This document shows, one piece after another, positions 19,305 through 29,663 of a DNA stretch of 64,000 bases (positions are counted from its first letter, which is position 1; every line of letters begins with the position of its first letter). The stretch lies in NCBI GenBank assembly GCA_951813565.1, contig OX638351.1, forward strand, positions 2,592,001 to 2,656,000. The letters run 5' to 3'. The notes below the pieces were generated by a model. It was not told the DNA's origin. It was given only the letters and a program-made list of their open reading frames with translations, and did no database searches. Source of the stretch: an uncultured Poribacteria bacterium (GTDB lineage Bacteria; Poribacteria; WGA-4E; WGA-3G). The position numbers were made by a program, and so were the translations under genes.

Positions 19305-19874
19305 ATGCATCCACAAAACATTAACGAATATGCACAAGAATCTCATTCACCAGAAAACTTTTCAATGACTTTGGAGGAATTTCTTGAAAGCGATTTAGAG
19401 GGATATGAGTACGTTAAAGGAGAAATAATACTGATGCCAGCTGCATCTGCGGAACATGGAATAATTTGTGCAAGGTTTTTTCTGTGCTTGGGTTTGTATG
19501 TGCGTGAGAATCAATTCGGCGAGGTCGTTACCCCAGACACAGGTTTTCAGGTAGGGGAGCGCGTCCTGAAACCGGACATTGCTTTTATTTCTTCAGCACA
19601 ATTGCCAGACGATCTGAGCAAAGCATTTCCAGTGCCGCCAGACCTTGCTGTTGAGGTTATTTCACCATCAGATGCTTTCCAGCGTGTGATTGACAAAGCA
19701 TTCGCTTATCTGGAAGCTGGGACACAAATAGTGTGGGTGATCGAACCCAAATCGCAAACAGTAACGGTGTTTCGCTCAGAAACAGATATTACAACACTCA
19801 CACGCAAAGACACGCTCACAGGAGAGGATGTCGTTGAAGGATTTTCTTGTCCAGTAGCACAACTTTTTGAATAA
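19305..19874 (+). CDS. Uma2-family endonuclease 3
   Basis: PDIAF, PDLAVEVISP; RBS GGAGG. Confidence 0.9.
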   Translation: MHPQNINEYAQESHSPENFSMTLEEFLESDLEGYEYVKGEIILMPAASAEHGIICARFFLCLGLYVRENQFGEVVTPDTGFQVGERVLKPDIAFISSAQLPDDLSKAFPVPPDLAVEVISPSDAFQRVIDKAFAYLEAGTQIVWVIEPKSQTVTVFRSETDITTLTRKDTLTGEDVVEGFSCPVAQLFE

Positions 19875-19883
19875 GGAGAATTT

Positions 19884-20642
19884 ATGAAACTTGGCTTAGT
19901 AACCTATAATATGGCAAAAGATTGGGATATTCCGACAATCATTGAACGGTGTTCGGAAACAGGATTTTCTGGTGTGGAGTTAAGGACAACTCACGCGCAT
20001 GGCGTTGAAGTCAACCTCTCTGCAAGTGAACGGGCAGCCGTAAAACAGCAGTTTGAAGATTCACCTATTGAGATTGCAGGCTTGGGTTCCGCTTTTGACT
20101 ACCATTCAACTGATCAAGATGCAGTTCGGCAGAATATAGATGGTACGAAAGAATACTCTCAGTTAGCAGCAGATGTCGGCGCGCCGGGTGTAAAGGTGCG
20201 TCCAAATGGTCTCCCCAGTGAAGTTCCAGTGGAAAAGACGTTAGAACAGATTGGATTAGCATTGCGGGAATGTGGAGAATTCGCTGCAGACCTCGGCGTG
20301 CAGATTCGACTGGAAGTGCACGGTGGCGGCACCTCCGAACTCCGACATATACGAACTATTATTGATGTTGCCGACCATGAGAACGTATACGTGTGCTGGA
20401 ATTCCAACTTCGGCGAAGTGGAAAACGGTTCTATTCAGAATAACTTCAACTACGTAAAAGGGAAAATCGGTTTAGTGCATATTACGGAACTGCATCGGCG
20501 TGAATATCCGTGGCGAGAACTGTTCACCTCGTTGAAAGAGTCTGGATATTCTGGCTATACTTTGGCAGAAATTGCAGGCAGTTCTGATCCTGTCCGAGTC
20601 ATGAATTTCTATCGGGCGTTATGGGAAGAATTAAATAGGTGA
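19884..20642 (+). CDS. Sugar phosphate isomerase/epimerase (xylose isomerase-like TIM barrel)
   Basis: GFSGVELR, LEVHG, VHI, GYSGY..AE. Confidence 0.85.
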   Translation: MKLGLVTYNMAKDWDIPTIIERCSETGFSGVELRTTHAHGVEVNLSASERAAVKQQFEDSPIEIAGLGSAFDYHSTDQDAVRQNIDGTKEYSQLAADVGAPGVKVRPNGLPSEVPVEKTLEQIGLALRECGEFAADLGVQIRLEVHGGGTSELRHIRTIIDVADHENVYVCWNSNFGEVENGSIQNNFNYVKGKIGLVHITELHRREYPWRELFTSLKESGYSGYTLAEIAGSSDPVRVMNFYRALWEELNR

Positions 20643-20705
20643 ATACATCTGAAGAACAAGGCAGGATTTGATTAATTCTGGCAAAATTCAGTACTCAGGG
20701 GAATT

Positions 20706-21095
20706 ATGAATCAACGTGAATTTTATCAAGCAAAATTAGCTTATGAGACCGATTCCTGGGATCTCAGCGAGGCACTCAATAACGGAGAAGATATCATCGT
20801 TATAGATGCCCGATCTCCAGAGGCATACACACTTGAACATATTCCTACATCAATAAATACCCCGCACAGATCGATGTGTGAGGCGACCACAAGTGATCTT
20901 GACAAATCAAAGTTGTATGTTACTTATTGTGATGGTATCGGTTGCAACGCTTCTACTAAAGGTGCTTTGAACATGGCGAAATTAGGGTTTAATGTCAAAG
21001 AATTGCTTGGCGGTTTGGATTGGTGGAAGCGTGATGGTTATGAGACCAAGGGCAAAAAGGGTGTTCAGGGTAAGGAAGTTAAGTGTGGGTGTTAA
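20706..21095 (+). CDS. Rhodanese-like domain protein
   Basis: IDARS..AY..EHIP, YCDGIGCNAS, GGLDWW. Confidence 0.9.
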   Translation: MNQREFYQAKLAYETDSWDLSEALNNGEDIIVIDARSPEAYTLEHIPTSINTPHRSMCEATTSDLDKSKLYVTYCDGIGCNASTKGALNMAKLGFNVKELLGGLDWWKRDGYETKGKKGVQGKEVKCGC

Positions 21096-21119
21096 AATCT
21101 GTAAAAAGTACACTTTAAC

Positions 21120-21148
21120 TTGCAATTGGGTATATGATGGTGTATAAT
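21120..21148 (+). promoter_or_regulatory. Sigma70-like promoter of the tRNA
   Basis: TTGCAA-17-TATAAT about 20 nt upstream of the tRNA. Confidence 0.6.
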
Positions 21149-21167
21149 TAAAATGTTAATTTTATAT

Positions 21168-21240
21168 TCCCCCATAGCTCAGTCGGTAGAGCAGATGGCT
21201 GTTAACCATCGTGTCGGCGGTTCGAGTCCGTCTGGGGGAG
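21168..21240 (+). tRNA. tRNA-Asn (GTT)
   Basis: Acceptor TCCCCCA/TGGGGGA, anticodon arm GATGG-CTGTTAA-CCATC, T-loop TTCGAGT. CCA is not encoded. Confidence 0.97.
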
Positions 21241-21246
21241 TTTTAA

Positions 21247-21293
21247 TTTTGCTGGCGGGCTTGACGTTCAAGGTTCGTCAGCAAAATTTTTTT
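21247..21293 (+). terminator. Intrinsic terminator after the tRNA
   Basis: TTTTGCTGGCGGGCTTGA...TCAAGGTTCGTCAGCAAAA followed by a T run. Confidence 0.7.
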
Positions 21294-21339
21294 AACGTGT
21301 TCTTGTTCAGATTTTCCCGCTTTTCCAGTGGAGGGTAAC

Positions 21340-22164
21340 ATGCCCATAAAACTTACCGATGTCCATCTTGACGAGTTCGCTGCAAAAGGCTATCTAATCG
21401 TGCCGGACTACTATTCGGGGGAACAGCTCGCTGAGATGCAAGCTGCCCAACGTCGTGTGCTACCGACGTGGGAAGAGGTCAAAGACGATCCACCCTCAGG
21501 CAGAGCGATTTTGACTGAATTTCCATCGTCTGAGATGGCACTGTTGCGTGGGATTGTGGACTACGAAGCATGGGGTTTCGCGCGTAAGTGGTTCAAGACA
21601 GAACACATCCACTTCCGTGCTGGATGTATGATTGCACGCTATCCCGGATTCAAAGGTGGCGGTGTCGGCAGCGATGCAAGCGGTTTGCATATTGATAACG
21701 GTAATAACTCATTGCTACCGCAGTCACAGTCCGCCCCCGAATTCGGACAACTTGTTTTCTGGGTACACCTTGAAGATGTTGACGAAGATCAAGCACCACT
21801 CAGATTGCTCGCTACCGAGTACGGACGGGATATGTCTAAATGTCAACCGCTTGTTTGCAAAGGCGGAACCCTCTGTATCTTCAACAACTATACATTGCAT
21901 TCGGCAAGCGATTATCTGCGGGAAGATGGACAACGTTTCACATGGGGATTCGGTTTAGGACGGGCAGACCACTATTGGGAAGGCTTTCGGCACTACACAG
22001 ATAAAGGACGACACGCGACGTTCTCGAAATTCATCGGCACGCTAACGGCAGCGGAGCGTGAGGTCTTTCGGTTTCCACCTGCTGGTCATTCATACTACAC
22101 ACCACAAACGCTGCATGCGTTGGAAGAGCAGTACCCTGGTTGGAACGCACGCAGCGAGTATTAA
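21340..22164 (+). CDS. Phytanoyl-CoA dioxygenase (PhyH) family protein
   Basis: GY..VP, HID...H facial triad, APLRLL. Confidence 0.8.
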   Translation: MPIKLTDVHLDEFAAKGYLIVPDYYSGEQLAEMQAAQRRVLPTWEEVKDDPPSGRAILTEFPSSEMALLRGIVDYEAWGFARKWFKTEHIHFRAGCMIARYPGFKGGGVGSDASGLHIDNGNNSLLPQSQSAPEFGQLVFWVHLEDVDEDQAPLRLLATEYGRDMSKCQPLVCKGGTLCIFNNYTLHSASDYLREDGQRFTWGFGLGRADHYWEGFRHYTDKGRHATFSKFIGTLTAAEREVFRFPPAGHSYYTPQTLHALEEQYPGWNARSEY

Positions 22165-22192
22165 AAATATATAATTACTGGCAAGCAAGCTG

Positions 22193-23827
22193 TTAAAAAG
22201 GGGTTTTCCTGAGAGCATCAGCTTTCAACCAACCAATAGAATCGATAATTTCGTCTTGATGTTCCCGCATCATCACTTCAATGAGTGCCGGTTTTTCGGC
22301 AGCGAGCGCGTCCCTTAGAATCGGCTTAAAGTCCTCTAAATTTTCGACTTTCCTTGCATAAGCGCCAAAAGACTGCGCAAATTCGACAAAATCGGGATTA
22401 TGCAGGTCCGTGTCAATAGTCCGTCCGTCAAAACCCTTCAATTGAGACCCCTTAATCGCTGACAACGCATCATCATTCACCACAATTGCTACGACGTTGA
22501 TGCCATATTTCATCGCTGTTGCCATTTCCATTGCGCCCATTAGAAAACCGCCATCGCCGCTAAAGCAGACAACTGGACGCTCAGGATACGCTACCTTAGC
22601 ACCGATCGCCGCTGGATAAGCATACCCTAACGCCACACCGATATTCGGATAGAGGAAAGTCCGCGGATCGTAAATAGGAAACTCAGCAAAAGAAGCATAG
22701 CCGAGGGAATGAACATCAATTGAATAGATGGTATCTCTTGGCAGAACATCTTGAAGTTCATGAATAACCGGCAGAGGTGGTTGTGTATCAAACTTTGCGC
22801 GAAGTTGCGGTAATACGTTATCCCAACCGTTTTGATCTGTGGATATATCCTCAATAAATGCCTGTAAGGTAAGTTTTAAATCACCCACAACGCCTATTTC
22901 ACACGGATATTCACGTCCAATTTCGTTTTCATCTTCGTCAATTTGGATGAAAGGCTGCGGCAGTTTCATACTCCAGCTACGGGTGTCAATAGATGTAAAC
23001 CTGGGTCCAATACCGATTAAACAGTCAGCGTGTTTGAGTGCTTCCTGCCCCAAAAAGCCGTAGCAAATCTGCAACGCCAACGGATGGTCTTCCGACAAAG
23101 CACCTTTTGCACAACGGGAAACAATAACAGGTGCTTTCAATTTCTCAACAAGCAGTCTTAACTCATTTCTGGCATTCGCATGAATCACGGCGGAACCTGC
23201 AAAAATCAGCGGCAATTTTGCGTTGCGAATCGTATCAACTGCTTGACTTAGCGCGGAATTGTCAGGCGGAGGTAAATCTTCACGTTCAACCCGGGACGGA
23301 ATTCTAACTTCACCATCTCCAGTGGTAACATCCATTGGAAATTCTAACACCGTTGGTCCCGGTCTACCGTTACGCATCGCTTTAAAGGCGTTTTCAACTA
23401 CAATCGGAATTTCTGAGACAGTATGCGCAATAGCACAATACTTGGTTATCGGTTCAAAAAACCGCATCTGATCCAAACCGTGGAACATCTTACTCGGATG
23501 CCTGCTGTAGGAATCTGAATGACTCTGTCCGGTAATCAATAAAACAGGAACACAGTCGGTGAAAGCCTCCAAAATCCCTGTAGAAGCATTGCTTGCGCCC
23601 GGGCCTGGCACAGTGATAGCAACACCGACATCGCCTGTTGCGCGAGCGAATCCATCTGCCATTTGTGTTGCAGCGTACTCATGTCTGACAAGAAAATGAT
23701 TTATTGACCCGGATCCTCTGCGAAGCAGTGAATCGTAAATATGAACGTTTTGCGTGCCGGGCATTCCAAAAACTGCAGAAACACCTTGCGCTTTTAAACA
23801 TTCAATCAGAATATCGCCTCCGTTCAC
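22193..23827 (-). CDS. ThDP-binding protein (acetolactate synthase large subunit-like)
   Basis: FGMPG, RHE..A..MADGFAR, PGPG..N, GDGGF. Confidence 0.9.
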   Translation of the reverse strand: MNGGDILIECLKAQGVSAVFGMPGTQNVHIYDSLLRRGSGSINHFLVRHEYAATQMADGFARATGDVGVAITVPGPGASNASTGILEAFTDCVPVLLITGQSHSDSYSRHPSKMFHGLDQMRFFEPITKYCAIAHTVSEIPIVVENAFKAMRNGRPGPTVLEFPMDVTTGDGEVRIPSRVEREDLPPPDNSALSQAVDTIRNAKLPLIFAGSAVIHANARNELRLLVEKLKAPVIVSRCAKGALSEDHPLALQICYGFLGQEALKHADCLIGIGPRFTSIDTRSWSMKLPQPFIQIDEDENEIGREYPCEIGVVGDLKLTLQAFIEDISTDQNGWDNVLPQLRAKFDTQPPLPVIHELQDVLPRDTIYSIDVHSLGYASFAEFPIYDPRTFLYPNIGVALGYAYPAAIGAKVAYPERPVVCFSGDGGFLMGAMEMATAMKYGINVVAIVVNDDALSAIKGSQLKGFDGRTIDTDLHNPDFVEFAQSFGAYARKVENLEDFKPILRDALAAEKPALIEVMMREHQDEIIDSIGWLKADALRKTPF

Positions 23828-23990
23828 GCGCTACTCTCCTTTGTGTTTTTTCAGGAAATTATCCAACCAGGCATCCGGATCACGTCCAAGTTTCCGCAAA
23901 AACTGACATCCTATTTTCTTGACAAAATTGGGAAGTAGGTTGAAAAGTCTTAGCTGCCAACTCATAATAGTATAGTGTAGGTAATTCAAG

Positions 23991-25121
23991 TTAGGTCAGT
24001 AATGCTTCGCCTGTAACCTTGTCGAAAAGATGAATACGTTCAGGCACGAAAGAAACATAGAGATGTTGCCCTATCTCTGCTTCAAAGTTCGGGGCAGTGC
24101 GTGATTTGATGATCGTCCGAGAACCGTCAGCATCGGTTCCAAGCGTTAACTCAACTATTGTTTCTGCGCCAAGGGGTTCAACGCTATAGACTTCAACCTG
24201 AAAAGCGTTGGGAACAAGTTGGTGACTGACGAGGACATCTTCTGGGTGAGCACCGAATACCAAATCCCTTTCTGTATTGATCTCACTTACCGTTTTAGCA
24301 ATACGGTCATCCTGAATTGCAAACGTATTATCTTCATTTTCACCTCCAGACAAGGTTAACTGAAGATTGCCGTTATTGCTGCAGATTTCACACGGAATAC
24401 AATTCATGCTTGGACTACCGATGAAACCCGCAACAAACAAATTCGCGGGATGGTTGTAAATTTCGGAGGGTGTTCCCAACTGCTGAATCTTTCCGGTATT
24501 AAGCACTGCGATACGGTCTGCCATTGACATCGCTTCCACCTGATCGTGTGTTACATAAAATGTAGTGGTTCCAAGTTCGCGTTGCCGCCACCTAATTTCA
24601 ACACGCATTTCGGCACGCAGTTTGGCATCTAAATTAGAAATCGGTTCATCCATAAGGAATACTTGTGGGCGGCGCACCATAGCTCTACCGAGTCCAACCC
24701 GCTGCGTTTCACCACCACTTAACTGATTCGGTTTACGCATAAGTAGATGCTCGATATGTAACATCTCCGCAATGTCTTTAACACGTCGGTCAATCTCTTC
24801 AGTAGAAAGTTTCCGGGGATGTAGAGGAAACGCCATATTCTCGTAAACGGTGAGGTGCGGATAGAGAATATGGGATTGAAAGACAAAAGCAACATCGCGT
24901 TCAGCGGGTGTTTTATCGTTGACGCGAATATCATCTAAGTAGATACTGCCTTCTTCGGGTTTGTCTAATCCGGCGATACAGCGGAGCGTTGTCGTTTTTC
25001 CCGCCCCGGTCTGACCGAGTAACACAAAGAATTCTTCATCTTTCACATCAAGTGTGATGTCGTCCAGAGCGGTAAGGTCGCCGAACCGTTTTGTAACGTT
25101 TTCCAGTTTTACTGTTGCCAT
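23991..25121 (-). CDS. Sugar ABC transporter ATP-binding protein (MalK-like)
   Basis: GQTGAGKTT, LSGGE, MDEP.SNLDA, VTHDQ.EA; C-terminal TOBE-like region. Confidence 0.92.
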   Translation of the reverse strand: MATVKLENVTKRFGDLTALDDITLDVKDEEFFVLLGQTGAGKTTTLRCIAGLDKPEEGSIYLDDIRVNDKTPAERDVAFVFQSHILYPHLTVYENMAFPLHPRKLSTEEIDRRVKDIAEMLHIEHLLMRKPNQLSGGETQRVGLGRAMVRRPQVFLMDEPISNLDAKLRAEMRVEIRWRQRELGTTTFYVTHDQVEAMSMADRIAVLNTGKIQQLGTPSEIYNHPANLFVAGFIGSPSMNCIPCEICSNNGNLQLTLSGGENEDNTFAIQDDRIAKTVSEINTERDLVFGAHPEDVLVSHQLVPNAFQVEVYSVEPLGAETIVELTLGTDADGSRTIIKSRTAPNFEAEIGQHLYVSFVPERIHLFDKVTGEALLT

Positions 25122-25349
25122 ATTCGTATTAACTTTGATTCAAATATTGTTTTATTATCTCATGATTGCAATTGGATGTCAACAGAAAGATGTTGAACTC
25201 AGGACACAAAAAAGTTGACCATAACTTTAAAATCTGATATTCTAATTGATAGACTCAACTTTTCAATGAAAGACGTCACTTTAAAAAGAAACATTAGCGT
25301 ATTACATTGGAGTTCGACCAGATATTTACGGATGCGATTGGAGAGATAA

Positions 25350-26975
25350 ATGCCAACGAATGCAGAACTGATTGCAGACTGGCGTGAGGCACCTGCGCCA
25401 TTGCTCGGCATATTAAACGCGTTCCATGACAGAGACGGGTTTATATCGGAGGCAGCTCTCCGAGACATTGCAGTCGGATTTCGAATTCCACTCGCAGAAC
25501 TTTTCGGCACCTTAACTTTTTACCATCACTTTGCACGTGAAGCGCCAGGGCAAAACGCGCCGCGCGTTTGTACGGGTCCCGTTTGTCGGTTGCAAGGAGG
25601 ATTAGAAATCCTTGAGGCGCTTAAATCTGAAGGGGCTACCCCAATGCCGTGTGCCGGAAGATGTGACGATTGTGTCCCCGTCCTAAAAGGGCATCAAGTA
25701 CTCACGGGAAAACAAGCAAACACGCTTTCTATTCAACCCACCCCTTTGCCACCATATCCAGGGGATAGCGAAGAATGTATCTTCGCAGAGATTCGCGAAC
25801 CGAACCACAGTACGCTTGCAGGCTACCAACGCACCGGTGGCTATGAAGGTCTAAAACGCGCGGTAACATCCCTTACCTCTGAAGAAGTGATTGATACACT
25901 CAAAGACAGTCAACTTGCTGGTAGAGGCGGTGCAGGATTTCCCACAGGCATGAAGTGGGAATCGGTGTTGAATGCGCCAGGTGAACCGAAAACAATCGTC
26001 TGCAATGCAGATGAGGGTGAACCGGGTTGTTTTAAGGATCGGGTTATTTTGGATTATGCGCCGCATGCAATAATTGAAGGGATGACACTCGCCGCTTACG
26101 CAACGGGAGCGACGCGAGGCTTTATCTATCTTCGATATGAATATCCAGAAACCTTAAAAATACTTGAACGGGCACTCACTGAAGCTGAAGCAGAAGGGTT
26201 AATTGGTGATGAGATTCTCGGAAAACAATTTAATTTTCATATCTATATTAGGCGCGGTGCTGGGGCTTATGTCTGTGGTGAAGAAGGCTCATTGTTGAAC
26301 AGTTTGGAAGGAAAACATCCTTTTCCGAGAAATCGACCACCTTATCCTGTAACGCACGGTTTTGAAAACTTACCTACCGTGGTAAACAATGTGGAGACAC
26401 TTGCCGCCGCAACACAGATTCTACGACACGGTGCAGGGTGGTATAAAAGTTTAAGCTACGACAAGAATTTGGCGGGTACAAAAATTATAAGCCTCTCTGG
26501 TGACATACAAAGACCTGGAAATTACGAGGTGCCGTTCGGACTTCCACTGAAAATATTACTTTACGAGTGGGCAGGCGGACCTTTAGTAGGACGTTCAATC
26601 CAAGCAATTACATCTGCGGGGTTATCGGGTGGGTTTATCGGTGAAAAAGACTTTGACATCACTATTGATGAACCGAGTTTCCAAAAGGTTGGGGCAATGC
26701 TCGGTGCAGCTGGTATCATGGTGTTTGATGACACACGAGACATGCTTGATGTCGCGCACAACGCAATGGAATTTTTCGCTGAAGAATCTTGTGGAAAGTG
26801 TTTCCCGTGCCGTATCGGAACATATCGGCTCACAGAACTATTGTCTGAACCGCTGAACCAGAAATCAAAAGATCTGATTGCGGAAATTGGAGCAGTGATG
26901 AAAGCAACAAGTGCTTGCGGTCTCGGAACTGCTGCACCAAATATTACAGAGACTTTGATGCGAATAAATCCGTAA
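25350..26975 (+). CDS. NuoE-NuoF-like fusion (NADH diaphorase module)
   Basis: N-terminal [2Fe-2S] CTGPVC...CAGRC; GRGGAGFPTG.KW, NADEGEPG, GAGAYVCGEE, ESCGKCFPCR...CGLG. Confidence 0.9.
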   Translation: MPTNAELIADWREAPAPLLGILNAFHDRDGFISEAALRDIAVGFRIPLAELFGTLTFYHHFAREAPGQNAPRVCTGPVCRLQGGLEILEALKSEGATPMPCAGRCDDCVPVLKGHQVLTGKQANTLSIQPTPLPPYPGDSEECIFAEIREPNHSTLAGYQRTGGYEGLKRAVTSLTSEEVIDTLKDSQLAGRGGAGFPTGMKWESVLNAPGEPKTIVCNADEGEPGCFKDRVILDYAPHAIIEGMTLAAYATGATRGFIYLRYEYPETLKILERALTEAEAEGLIGDEILGKQFNFHIYIRRGAGAYVCGEEGSLLNSLEGKHPFPRNRPPYPVTHGFENLPTVVNNVETLAAATQILRHGAGWYKSLSYDKNLAGTKIISLSGDIQRPGNYEVPFGLPLKILLYEWAGGPLVGRSIQAITSAGLSGGFIGEKDFDITIDEPSFQKVGAMLGAAGIMVFDDTRDMLDVAHNAMEFFAEESCGKCFPCRIGTYRLTELLSEPLNQKSKDLIAEIGAVMKATSACGLGTAAPNITETLMRINP

Positions 26976-27041
26976 ATTGAAGCCGATATTGAGACGGATT
27001 AGGCAGGTTTTATATATGACCACATTTTCTGGTGTGTTCTG

Positions 27042-28268
27042 ATGTGGACAAGAGGATTTATTTCGCTCTGCCTCATCGTGTTTGTGATCGGTTTGATTAC
27101 TGGCCCAGTACACTGGTTCTTTCCAGTATATGCCGAAAAAGTTTTGGGAGAAAAAGCGCTTTTCGCGGGGTTATTGCGTGCCATACCTATCGGTCTCGGT
27201 GGGATCACAGCACTCATCGGTGGAACGCTTAGCGACCGATTCGGACGAAAACCGACACTGCTAATTGGGATGACCGGAGCAGTTGTAATAGGAGGACTTT
27301 TTACCACACAATTACCGTTGTTTATATGGGGTATTCTCTGCTATGAAGGCATTGCTTCAGGCTTTAAAACTGCTGGTGGACAATCATATCTCATCAGTTC
27401 AGTGTCACCAAAGCAATTAGGGTTGGCAACGGGGCTATACTTTATTAGTAGTACTGTCGGAAGCGCTGTTGGGAGTGCTATCGCTGGGGAGATTATTGGT
27501 CGGATCAACGACAAAGGCGAGATTATCCCCCTGATCAACTACAATGTTTTTGGAACTGGCGCGGTGTTTCTGTCCGGTATACTGTTTGTTGGCGCATGCT
27601 TCTTTTTACCGCGTCTTAGACAGCAGGGTCGCAACAACGCACAGAAACAGGACGGAATTTGGAAATCAACCCTAAACATCGGAAAATATACCAACTTATG
27701 TCGTAGATCGGAAATCAAAATGTTAATCGGTTTGCGCGTTTTCCCAACGTACTATTGGGGTTCGGTAAACCTGCTCATGCCAATTTTGGTTAATCGTATC
27801 GCAGGCGACAAGGCAACTGGATATTATGGCGCGATCAGTTTACTGTTTGCTTTTGCATGCCAATTTGTTACCGGAAGAATATGCGATGCAGTAGGTCACC
27901 GCATTCCGGCATTGATCGCAAATATAATCGTTACATTTCTCGCTTTTGGATTGGCATTTTTTCACAACTCGTTAGTTGGTCTGGAAATCTTCGGGATACT
28001 CGGTGCAGGCGCTGCATGGGCGCTATCAACTACTATCCCACGGTTTATCAATGAATTCACTAACCCCGATGAGAAGGGACACGGTGTTGGCATAACACAT
28101 TTAGCTTGGAGCACCGGATTTCTTCTCGGGTTTGTCGCAAGTGGATTATTAATTAATATATCTGTTCATGTACCATTTATTGTCTCAGGAATTTTCCTGA
28201 TTTGTTCAACAAGTATAGCCTATAAACTTTGGCACACTCAATCAAAACTAAGGAAGGAACACTTATGA
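27042..28268 (+). CDS. MFS transporter
   Basis: Motif A G.LSDRFGRK; about 12 hydrophobic segments. Confidence 0.9.
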   Translation: MWTRGFISLCLIVFVIGLITGPVHWFFPVYAEKVLGEKALFAGLLRAIPIGLGGITALIGGTLSDRFGRKPTLLIGMTGAVVIGGLFTTQLPLFIWGILCYEGIASGFKTAGGQSYLISSVSPKQLGLATGLYFISSTVGSAVGSAIAGEIIGRINDKGEIIPLINYNVFGTGAVFLSGILFVGACFFLPRLRQQGRNNAQKQDGIWKSTLNIGKYTNLCRRSEIKMLIGLRVFPTYYWGSVNLLMPILVNRIAGDKATGYYGAISLLFAFACQFVTGRICDAVGHRIPALIANIIVTFLAFGLAFFHNSLVGLEIFGILGAGAAWALSTTIPRFINEFTNPDEKGHGVGITHLAWSTGFLLGFVASGLLINISVHVPFIVSGIFLICSTSIAYKLWHTQSKLRKEHL

Positions 28269-28792
28269 TTATTGCTGAACTTGATTTAGAAAATGCTGAA
28301 CACCTTGAACTCACAAATGCCCAATGGCGTTTTGCCGCGGGACTCGTCCCCGGTGAGCCAAATGGCGGTTTAGTTGATCAGATGCCAGAATCGCCAGCGC
28401 GTAATGCTGATTATGACGATTCCGATTGGGGAATTTGTGAAAATATTCAAGAAATCGTCTTAACAGGTCTCTGTTTCGGTTGGTATCGGATTACTGTCAC
28501 TATTCCTGAAGAAGTAGATGGAAAGTCCGTTGCCGGTTCAAAAGTATGGTTTCACACTTGTATTGATGACTACGGTGAAGTTTGGGTCAATGGTGAAATT
28601 GACTTGGCTTTCGGTGAGTCAGGTCGTGGTGCTGCATCTGGTTTCAATACGCCACAACGCGTTGTTGTATCCGAAAGTGCTGAACCGGGAACTAAACATG
28701 TCATCGCATGTTTGGCTATCAACGGTCCTCTTGCCAGACCGGGTGGCGGTATTTTCCTCCGTTTTGCAAAACTTGAGTTTGAAAACGAATAA
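28265..28792 (+). CDS. Hypothetical protein with GH2-like sugar-binding jelly-roll
   Basis: YDDSDW, GWYR..VTIP, IDDYGEVWVNG. ATGA overlap with the MFS stop. Confidence 0.65.
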   Translation: MIIAELDLENAEHLELTNAQWRFAAGLVPGEPNGGLVDQMPESPARNADYDDSDWGICENIQEIVLTGLCFGWYRITVTIPEEVDGKSVAGSKVWFHTCIDDYGEVWVNGEIDLAFGESGRGAASGFNTPQRVVVSESAEPGTKHVIACLAINGPLARPGGGIFLRFAKLEFENE

Positions 28793-28848
28793 CCCGTATA
28801 ATCTTTGTTGGGACGGCTATATGCCGTCCCTTATAATACAGGTAGAAT

Positions 28849-29571
28849 TTGTCTACAAAAACAACACCTCTCAACAATTCTCAAGATACACCAAAAGCAA
28901 TCGTTCTCCTGAGCGGTGGCTTAGATTCAACCACTACCTTAGCAATAGCGCGCGACGAGGACTATGATTGCTATGTGATGAGTTTTCGGTATGGGCAACG
29001 GAATAAGGCAGAACTTCAATGTGCAGAAAACGTGGCAAAGTCGCTTGGCGCAAAACAACATACTATCATTGATATAGATCTGCGTATCTTCGGCGCATCT
29101 GCCTTGACAGCGGATATTGAAGTGCCTAAAGGTAGATTAGAAACTGAGATGGGTGGCAGCATACCGATTACTTATGTCCCTGCCCGGAACACTATCTTTC
29201 TCTCCTATGCACTTGCATGGGCGGAGGTGCTTGCTGCCGATACCATTTTTATTGGTGCGAATGTTATTGACTACAGTGGATATCCGGATTGTCGTCCAGA
29301 GTATATTAGCGCCTACCAAACGATGGCAAACCTCGCAACACAAGCTGGTGTAGAAGGAAAAACAAAACTAACAATCTGTACCCCACTTATTAATAAAACA
29401 AAAGCAGAGATAATCCAAATTGGAACAGCACTTGGGGTTGATTATAGTCTCACACTGAGTTGTTACGATCCAGATATGGATTCCAGAGCGTGTGGTGAAT
29501 GCGATAGTTGTGTACTCCGCAAAAAAGGTTTTGAAGACGCAGGTATCTCTGATCCAACGCGTTATCGCTGA
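28849..29571 (+). CDS. queC: 7-cyano-7-deazaguanine synthase
   Basis: [29 protein letters not shown]...CGECDSC..R. Confidence 0.96.
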   Translation: MSTKTTPLNNSQDTPKAIVLLSGGLDSTTTLAIARDEDYDCYVMSFRYGQRNKAELQCAENVAKSLGAKQHTIIDIDLRIFGASALTADIEVPKGRLETEMGGSIPITYVPARNTIFLSYALAWAEVLAADTIFIGANVIDYSGYPDCRPEYISAYQTMANLATQAGVEGKTKLTICTPLINKTKAEIIQIGTALGVDYSLTLSCYDPDMDSRACGECDSCVLRKKGFEDAGISDPTRYR

Positions 29572-29663
29572 ATGTAGTGCTATGATACCTTTGTAGATGC
29601 GATTGATGTCTGATAATTTCTTTATCCTTGATATTTCCTAACAACCTATCATATAATATTTGT

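Noticed and set aside
18083..19874. Possible diversity-generating retroelement (TR/VR) among Uma2 or PhyH repeats
   Set aside because: No reverse transcriptase in the window, and differences are not adenine-specific.
21168..21300. tRNA-Asn as an integration site
   Set aside because: No integrase and no duplicated tRNA 3' end was seen.
28849..29571. queC as part of a DNA deazaguanine-modification or QatABCD system
   Set aside because: Canonical housekeeping QueC motifs; no dpd or qat neighbours.
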